30,169 bases of DNA from Verrucomicrobiota bacterium (lineage in GTDB: Bacteria > Verrucomicrobiota > Verrucomicrobiia > Chthoniobacterales > UBA6821), in contig WBXG01000015.1 in NCBI GenBank assembly GCA_008932965.1, forward strand, positions 1-30,169, given 5' to 3'. Below the pieces are notes generated by a model. It made no database searches and was not told where the DNA came from. It saw only the letters and a program-made list of their open reading frames with translations. Made by a program: the position numbers and the translations under genes. How positions within the stretch are numbered: position 1 is the first letter of the stretch; every line of letters starts with the position of its first letter. Of the stretch, positions 24,453 through 30,169 are shown one piece after another.

Positions 24453-26528
24453 CTATTCCTCAATAGGAAAAAAGGGGTCGTCTTGGAGGCTCTCTTCTTC
24501 ATCAGAATGAGAATGAATAAGTGACTGGCGGTCCTTATTTTTACTAACAATCTGTTCTTCGATAGATGAGTAGAGGGTATAGTGACCGGGATATTCTTCC
24601 TGGAATTTCCTCCAGCGGTTGGAAAGAGCAGTTTTTTTTTCCAATAATTCTTGGAAAAGAGATTCGTTTTCCTCTTCCATGCTTACATCATCGATGTAGG
24701 ACAAAGCAAAGTCCTGGGATGAAGCTTTTTCACATAAAAACTCCTCATGCCTGAGCTTCAGATAAGGTAACAACGCAAGAGTGAATGTTGAGGTAAAGTC
24801 ATTGATCGGACAAGGAGTAGCTAAAACAGGTGAGGTAGCTCTAGAGGGCTTGAAGAATACCAAACCTTTAGTTGAGCGATCAGTAGTCTTAGAATCCCTT
24901 ATTGGTTCTTCACGAGAATAGTCATCAAAGAGTTGTTCCATCTTTAAATCACTCTTGGAATAGAGCTCTTCTGCTTGATTAGAAGCCTTAACAAGCTTAT
25001 TCCAAGCTTCCTCTGAGTTTTGTTTTAATGCCTCATCACGGAAAAAAAAGAGATCATGAATAGCATCACAGTAATGGGTGATCTGTTGCCAAGAGGCGAC
25101 ATGTTTTGTTGCCTCTTGTTTTGTTGCCTCTTGATAACTGTTCTCTATATGAGTGATGGGTCGAGGGCGATCATTATATAAGGATGCTTGGAACCGTTGG
25201 AAATCAGCTTTGTCCTCCAGGATTGTTTGATGATGCTCTAGAAGAAGGATTGATTCCTCATAACAGTCATTCCAATCTGTGGTACTAAGTGTCCGAGATG
25301 CTTTTCTCAGAAAACTGTTAAAATTTTTGCTAGCCTCTAGAAATTGAGGGTTTGATAATTTCTTGGTCTGAAAGCTTACTGACTGGCTAGAATATTCATC
25401 CTTTGAGGAAGATGAAGTGCTATCAATAAGGATAGCGGATGAGCGTCGAGAACCAGAGAGTCCTTGATTAGTAGCACTTAACGAGGTTTGCCCGCTTCTT
25501 TCATCCTCATTAACGAAGAAATCTAGGAAGCCAAATGGATCCTGCGTTGGATTTTTATCTCGACTTAGGTGGTAGGGACTCACAGAGCCCTTACTAAACA
25601 TGCTCGCCTCCCTTTCCTCATCAGCCTTCTCATTACAATCAAATCGCTCCCTTAATGACTTGAGGCGTCTCCAAGAGCAAAGAGCATGCTCCAGTGTTGT
25701 TTTTCTCTTTATTTGAGGACTGTCTTCATGATCCCGACTATCGTAATTGAGATGAGAATGCTCTATTATTAGAGGTGCATCACTTTTTCTACAAGAGGGG
25801 CTCCAGTACCACGCTCCAGCTGTAATCACTCCAATCAATACTATGGCTTCAATAGGATCATCCCACGAAGAAGCACTGGTTGTTTTCTCCTCTTTTTCAC
25901 AATCTAATGATTCTTCTTTCTGGCTTATGGAAAAGCGAATCTGATTCGAATAAAGTGATGCATCTATTTGGGTGATCTCCTGGGAAGGGTTGGATTGAAG
26001 AAAACAATGTAGGGATAGCAGAGGAGAGCTAAAACCACTTATCCATGCGCCATAGTATTCTGCAGTCCTCGTGTTTAAAAATAATACTGAATCCAAGCCC
26101 GATCTTTCATGCTGATCACCTCCGAAGCCACAGAGATCAGATGAATGCTGTGTGAGATTTCCGTTTTGAATGGGGGAATATACATGCATACAGCCTCCCC
26201 TTGCCATGCTCGCTTGCGTTGCCTCTGGAGCCTGAGAAGACTCTTCGTTACGGTCACTTTGTAATATAGGGTCTAGGCCTGATTGAACCTGGCTTTGGTA
26301 GTGATAGTGACCTGGTTCTCCAATCCGAAAGATGGCCTCGATGCCCACATACAGATCATCACTACAGGCCGCTTGAGTCATGTCATTAAGAAAGAGTGTG
26401 TAGGAGGTTGTAGTAATCAATCTTGATTTGGAAAGAGGATCTTCCGAGAGAAGAAGATGATTGATCGATAAAAAAATAATTCCCAAGAAAAGTGATTTAA
26501 AAAGGAAATTAAAATTCAAGGACCTCAT
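24453..26528 (-). CDS. Hypothetical single-pass membrane protein (about 691 aa), orphan
   Basis: I prefer the ATG at 26528 (MRSLNFNFLFKSLFLGIIFLS, signal-like) over the TTG at 26552. A central TM segment (AIVLIGVITAGAWYW) is followed by a long Ser/Asp/Glu-rich tail. I recognise no family motifs. Confidence 0.6.
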   Translation of the reverse strand: MRSLNFNFLFKSLFLGIIFLSINHLLLSEDPLSKSRLITTTSYTLFLNDMTQAACSDDLYVGIEAIFRIGEPGHYHYQSQVQSGLDPILQSDRNEESSQAPEATQASMARGGCMHVYSPIQNGNLTQHSSDLCGFGGDQHERSGLDSVLFLNTRTAEYYGAWISGFSSPLLSLHCFLQSNPSQEITQIDASLYSNQIRFSISQKEESLDCEKEEKTTSASSWDDPIEAIVLIGVITAGAWYWSPSCRKSDAPLIIEHSHLNYDSRDHEDSPQIKRKTTLEHALCSWRRLKSLRERFDCNEKADEEREASMFSKGSVSPYHLSRDKNPTQDPFGFLDFFVNEDERSGQTSLSATNQGLSGSRRSSAILIDSTSSSSKDEYSSQSVSFQTKKLSNPQFLEASKNFNSFLRKASRTLSTTDWNDCYEESILLLEHHQTILEDKADFQRFQASLYNDRPRPITHIENSYQEATKQEATKHVASWQQITHYCDAIHDLFFFRDEALKQNSEEAWNKLVKASNQAEELYSKSDLKMEQLFDDYSREEPIRDSKTTDRSTKGLVFFKPSRATSPVLATPCPINDFTSTFTLALLPYLKLRHEEFLCEKASSQDFALSYIDDVSMEEENESLFQELLEKKTALSNRWRKFQEEYPGHYTLYSSIEEQIVSKNKDRQSLIHSHSDEEESLQDDPFFPIEE

Positions 26529-26639
26529 AAAAATAATAAAATAGGATATCAATTAACCTTTTTTGCTAAAATACAAGTGTCAATTTGCGTAGTGACACAA
26601 TTTTGGCGATTTTGTAGCAATCATTCCAAAAAAACCAAT

Positions 26640-26668
26640 TTGACTCTTAAAATGATCTCGACTAATCT
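26640..26668 (+). promoter_or_regulatory. Candidate sigma-70-type promoter (TTGACT, 17-nt spacer, TAATCT) upstream of the NDK-like gene
   Basis: The hexamers sit at 26640..26645 and 26663..26668. This would leave only a few nt of leader before the TTG start at 26680, so either the promoter call or the start call may be wrong. Confidence 0.25.
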
Positions 26669-26679
26669 CACTTGCCCTA

Positions 26680-27741
26680 TTGCAAAACAACCATCCATCA
26701 CAACTCGTGTCCGAACAACTCACTTACGTACTCATTACCCCAAAAGCCCTCTATAAGGCACGTACTGGTAATATCCTTTCCCGTCTTCTTTCTCGCTCTG
26801 GATTAGATCTTGTAGGAGCTCGGATGTTTATTCCGAGCAAGGAGCTTGGTGAGGCTCTAGCCGATAACTTCAGCACCCAAGAGTTAACAAGTGCCTTCCT
26901 GCGTGGATCCCTTCCACAAGAGGGTAATCAGATGCTATGCCTGCTTCTCCAAGGTGAGGATGCTATTAAAACAGTGAGCACCATTGTTGGTGATGATGAA
27001 CGTATGGATAGTCGTGGAGAGACACTACGTGATACTTATGGAGATCATGTTCTGCTTCACGAGGAAGAAGGTGAAGAGCCTGCAATCTACTATTTTGAAC
27101 CTGCTGTTATTGCTCCTAATACAAAACAAGATACTGCTCAGGGGCTTGCTCTTTTAGCTCAATTTTCCGAAAGCGATGGTGGTATTTTTGATATCACCTC
27201 TCAGTTTCCTCAAGATACTAAAGTAGAAAAAACCCTCGTTCTCATCAAACCTGATAATTTCGATTTCCCTAATACACGGCCAGGTGGCGTTATTGATCTC
27301 TTGGCACGTACAGGACTTGCTCTTGTAGGAGTCAAAATACATCAAATGAGTGTGACTCAAGCAAAAGAGTTTTATGGGCCTGTACTACAAGTCCTGGAGG
27401 CTAAACTTCCAGATGGTCGCATTCATTGGGAATCCATTATTGCCTTTATGTCTGGCGCTCGCCCTTCAGAGCTGCCTGAAGAAGAACATGCATTACCAGG
27501 AAACCAACTCTGCGTAGCACTGATTTATCAAGGTGAAGAGGCCATTGCAAAAATAAGAAACGTTCTGGGTCCTACAGATCCAGCAAAAGCACCTCACGGA
27601 ACCGTTCGTAAAGAGTTTGGTAAAGATATTATGATTAATGGAGCCCACGCTTCGGATTCCTCCGAAAGTTTCTTGAGGGAAATTGCTATTATCAATATCA
27701 ACGAAAACAATTTCAAATCGGTCATTCTCGCTCATCGCTAA
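26680..27741 (+). CDS. Two-domain nucleoside diphosphate kinase-like protein (degenerate N-terminal domain plus a C-terminal NDK domain with an insertion)
   Basis: 353 aa. The C-terminal half aligns to Ndk (EKTLVLIKPDNF, GLALVGVKIHQMSVTQAKEFY, GPTDPAKAPHGTVRKEFG, NGAHASDS with the catalytic His). The N-terminal half is NDK-like (LTYVLITPKA..GLDLVGARMF) but lacks the NxxH motif. The TTG start is uncertain. Confidence 0.72.
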   Translation: MQNNHPSQLVSEQLTYVLITPKALYKARTGNILSRLLSRSGLDLVGARMFIPSKELGEALADNFSTQELTSAFLRGSLPQEGNQMLCLLLQGEDAIKTVSTIVGDDERMDSRGETLRDTYGDHVLLHEEEGEEPAIYYFEPAVIAPNTKQDTAQGLALLAQFSESDGGIFDITSQFPQDTKVEKTLVLIKPDNFDFPNTRPGGVIDLLARTGLALVGVKIHQMSVTQAKEFYGPVLQVLEAKLPDGRIHWESIIAFMSGARPSELPEEEHALPGNQLCVALIYQGEEAIAKIRNVLGPTDPAKAPHGTVRKEFGKDIMINGAHASDSSESFLREIAIININENNFKSVILAHR

Positions 27742-27772
27742 AACTCAATACATCTTAACATCTCCTTTTATT

Positions 27773-28936
27773 ATGGAACTCGCTCCTCGCATCGCTCATA
27801 TCACTCCTTCACTCACTCTTTCTATCGATAGCAAAGCAAAAGCATTACGTGCTCAGGGTGTGGATGTCTGTAGTTTTGCTGCTGGAGAACCTGACTTTGA
27901 TACGCCTGAACATATCAAAGCAGCTGCAATCAAGGCTCTAGAAAATAATTTCACACGCTATACTCCTGTTGCTGGCATTCCAGAATTACGCGAAGCGATT
28001 GCGCACAAATTTCTCACAGAAAACCAGCTCGATTATCAACCTCAAGAGATCATTGTGAGCAATGGTGCAAAACAGAGTTGTTTCAATGCGATTATGGCCT
28101 GTGTAGGTGAAGGAGATGAGGTTATTATCCCAGCTCCTTATTGGATTAGCTATCCAGAGATGGTGCGTCTTGCGGGTGCAGAGCCAATCATTATTCCAAC
28201 AACAGCAGCTAACAATTGGAAGATTACTGCTGAGGATTTTGCCAATGCCATGTCACCTCGGACTAAAATGATCATTATCAACTCCCCCGGTAACCCTACT
28301 GGAGCCATTTATACTAAGGAAGAACTCCGTGCTATTGCTGAAGTGGCAGCTGATGAAGAAATTTTGATACTCTCGGATGAAATTTATGAAAGTCTTATTT
28401 ATGATGAGCTCAAACATGTGAGTATTGCTTCTGTGACTCCAGAGGCACGTGATTTAACGATCACCATCAATGGTTTCAGCAAGGCTTATGCGATGACTGG
28501 ATGGCGTCTTGGATACCTTGGAGCTCCTAAAAAAATAGCTCAAGCAATCGAAGCCCTTCAAAGCCATAGCAGTTCTAATGCTTGTTCCTTTGCTCAATAT
28601 GGAGCTGTTGCAGCATTAAATAGTAGCCAACAGTGCGTCGCCGATATGCGTGAAGAATTTAATATTCGTCGCGAATATATGTATGATCGTCTCTCCAAAA
28701 TGCATCAGCTTTCGGCTATAAAACCATCGGGGGCCTTTTATATGCTGACTGATATTTCTAAGTTTGGAATGTCCTCCATGAACTTTGCAGATCGTCTCCT
28801 AAGTAAATCCAATGTTGCCGTTATTCCAGGAATTGCATTTGGTAATGATAAAACAATTCGTATGAGCTATGCAACGGGCATGGATATCATTAAAGAGGGC
28901 CTTGATCGTTTGGAAGATTTTTGTAAGACATTATAA
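27773..28936 (+). CDS. Aspartate/aromatic aminotransferase (class I PLP enzyme)
   Basis: I prefer the ATG at 27773 (MELAPRIAHITPS...). Motifs are GEPDFDTP, NPTGAIY and the PLP-lysine motif SKAYAMTGWRLGY. Confidence 0.9.
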   Translation: MELAPRIAHITPSLTLSIDSKAKALRAQGVDVCSFAAGEPDFDTPEHIKAAAIKALENNFTRYTPVAGIPELREAIAHKFLTENQLDYQPQEIIVSNGAKQSCFNAIMACVGEGDEVIIPAPYWISYPEMVRLAGAEPIIIPTTAANNWKITAEDFANAMSPRTKMIIINSPGNPTGAIYTKEELRAIAEVAADEEILILSDEIYESLIYDELKHVSIASVTPEARDLTITINGFSKAYAMTGWRLGYLGAPKKIAQAIEALQSHSSSNACSFAQYGAVAALNSSQQCVADMREEFNIRREYMYDRLSKMHQLSAIKPSGAFYMLTDISKFGMSSMNFADRLLSKSNVAVIPGIAFGNDKTIRMSYATGMDIIKEGLDRLEDFCKTL

Positions 28937-28988
28937 TTACAAAAAATCACGGTGATGACAGGGATGTGAATTCGTAAATGATGATTCT

Positions 28989-29897
28989 ATGCATTCATCC
29001 TTGCGTTATTCCTTCTCCTCCTGGGTCATTGAACGAAGGAAGCTTGTTAATGCTGCATTAAGAGAGGCATTGCCTTCGGTAAAGACACAACCAACAACCC
29101 TTCATCGAGCAATACGCTACTCGCTTTTTGCAGGTGGTAAAAGACTCCGTCCCATTTTATGTCTTGCCGCTGCAGAGGCCTGTTCTTCCAAAGGAGACCC
29201 TCTCAAGTCTGCAATGCCATCAGCCTGTGCCCTAGAGTGTTTACACACTTATTCCTTGATTCACGATGATCTTCCATCGATGGATAATGATGATCTTCGG
29301 CGAGGAAAACCTACATGCCATCATGTTTTTGGTGAAGGAATAGCTATTTTAGCAGGAGATGCCTTACTCACCGGGAGTTTTGAATTATTAGCACACGTTA
29401 AGCCAACCAAACGTTATCCATTACAAGTTTTTTTAAAAGAGATGGCTCATGCTGCCGGAAGCCAGCAGTTAATTGCTGGTCAAGTAGCCGATCTAGAAGC
29501 TGAGGGGAAAAAGTGGAAGCTCTCAGATATTAGCTTCATTCATCAACGTAAGACGGCAGCACTCATCATACTCTCACTGAGACTTGGTGCGATGTCGGTG
29601 AATGCGACTTCTCGACAATTAGATACCTTAACATCTTTTGGAGCTGCTCTCGGACTGGCCTATCAAATTATTGATGACATCCTAGATGTAACCCAGTCAC
29701 GTGAGCAACTTGGTAAAAGTTCTGGTAAAGACATCACTGCGCAAAAAGCTACCTACCCTGCAGTAATGGGTGTACCAGCAGCACTCCAAGAAGCTGAAAA
29801 ACAAACCAATAAGGCAATGATGGCTTTAAAATCATTGGGGAAACAAGCAGCAATGCTCGAACTCTTTGCAAGGGAGCTATTAGAAAGGACGAAGTAG
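28989..29897 (+). CDS. Short-chain (E)-polyprenyl diphosphate synthase (FPP/GGPP synthase)
   Basis: The first Asp-rich motif is LIHDDLPSMDNDDLRRGKPT and the second is IIDDILD. Length is 302 aa. Confidence 0.9.
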   Translation: MHSSLRYSFSSWVIERRKLVNAALREALPSVKTQPTTLHRAIRYSLFAGGKRLRPILCLAAAEACSSKGDPLKSAMPSACALECLHTYSLIHDDLPSMDNDDLRRGKPTCHHVFGEGIAILAGDALLTGSFELLAHVKPTKRYPLQVFLKEMAHAAGSQQLIAGQVADLEAEGKKWKLSDISFIHQRKTAALIILSLRLGAMSVNATSRQLDTLTSFGAALGLAYQIIDDILDVTQSREQLGKSSGKDITAQKATYPAVMGVPAALQEAEKQTNKAMMALKSLGKQAAMLELFARELLERTK

Positions 29898-29939
29898 ACT
29901 CTTCAAGAAAATCTACGATAAAGTCTAATTATCCCTTTT

Positions 29940-29959
29940 CTATGAAATATCCGGGCTAG
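29940..29959. repeat. Solo R183 right terminus
   Basis: CTATGAAATATCCGGGCTAG is identical over 18 nt to the right terminus of copy 10. No recognisable internal R183 sequence lies upstream. Confidence 0.7.
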
Positions 29960-29967
29960 AAAGGACA

Positions 29968-30169
29968 TTATTCCCAATCACTACTCTCCGGTTTCATCGT
30001 AATGGAAAGGGGACGATGGGTTTTCAACTTCCATAATTTATCTCCAATATTCCAGAGGGAATAGAGAATTAAAACAGGGTAGATAATTTGAATCATGGGA
30101 GATAAAAGACTCATGATACGACTGAAACCAAGATTGGTAACACAGGCAGTAATGAGACTTGTAATAGCA
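29968..30169 (-). CDS. C-terminal fragment of a hydrophobic membrane protein, running off the window
   Basis: My own translation of the minus strand is ...AITSLITACVTNLGFSRIMSLLSPMIQIIYPVLILYSLWNIGDKLWKLKTHRPLSITMKPESSDWE, with the stop at 29968..29970. The family is not assignable. Confidence 0.35.
   Translation of the reverse strand, partial: AITSLITACVTNLGFSRIMSLLSPMIQIIYPVLILYSLWNIGDKLWKLKTHRPLSITMKPESSDWE

Noticed and set aside
26577-26598. Inverted repeat GTGTCA-N10-TGACAC in the divergent spacer between the orphan membrane protein and the NDK-like gene, as a possible operator.
   Set aside because: A 6-bp inverted repeat with a flexible spacer is expected by chance in a ~150-bp AT-rich spacer. 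Nothing else in the window repeats it.

Overview
This is a 30.2-kb, moderately AT-rich chromosomal segment from a diderm bacterium, since Lgt, LptF/G, a TolC-like protein and an OprB-type porin are present. The taxon cannot be determined from sequence alone; a PVC/Verrucomicrobia-like origin is only a guess. I call 24 protein-coding genes (one frameshifted, one partial at the right edge) and one tRNA-Phe. Almost all are housekeeping: msrA, lgt, a DinG-like helicase, dusB, lptF/G, pgeF, a tolC-like gene, rpsN, an M24 aminopeptidase, thiD, priA, an aspartate aminotransferase and a polyprenyl synthase. I see no transposase, integrase, CRISPR array, toxin-antitoxin pair or recognisable defence genes. 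The unusual content is non-coding. (i) A family of ~183-bp palindromic repeats bounded by TA/CTAG, here called R183, totals about 2 kb: 8 full-length copies, 1 short copy, 1 edge-truncated copy and 4 terminal fragments. (ii) A second small family, here called H elements (3 loci), is built from inverted arrays of the heptamer GTAATGR and places stop codons in all three frames. Together they occupy 15 of the 19 intergenic spacers of 60 bp or more, and all 11 spacers longer than 160 bp. They supply stop codons, a probable start codon and C-terminal codons to flanking genes. The mobile (MITE-like) nature and any RNA or regulatory role are inference. All repeat boundaries are hand-derived, +/- a few bp. 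No database search was possible.
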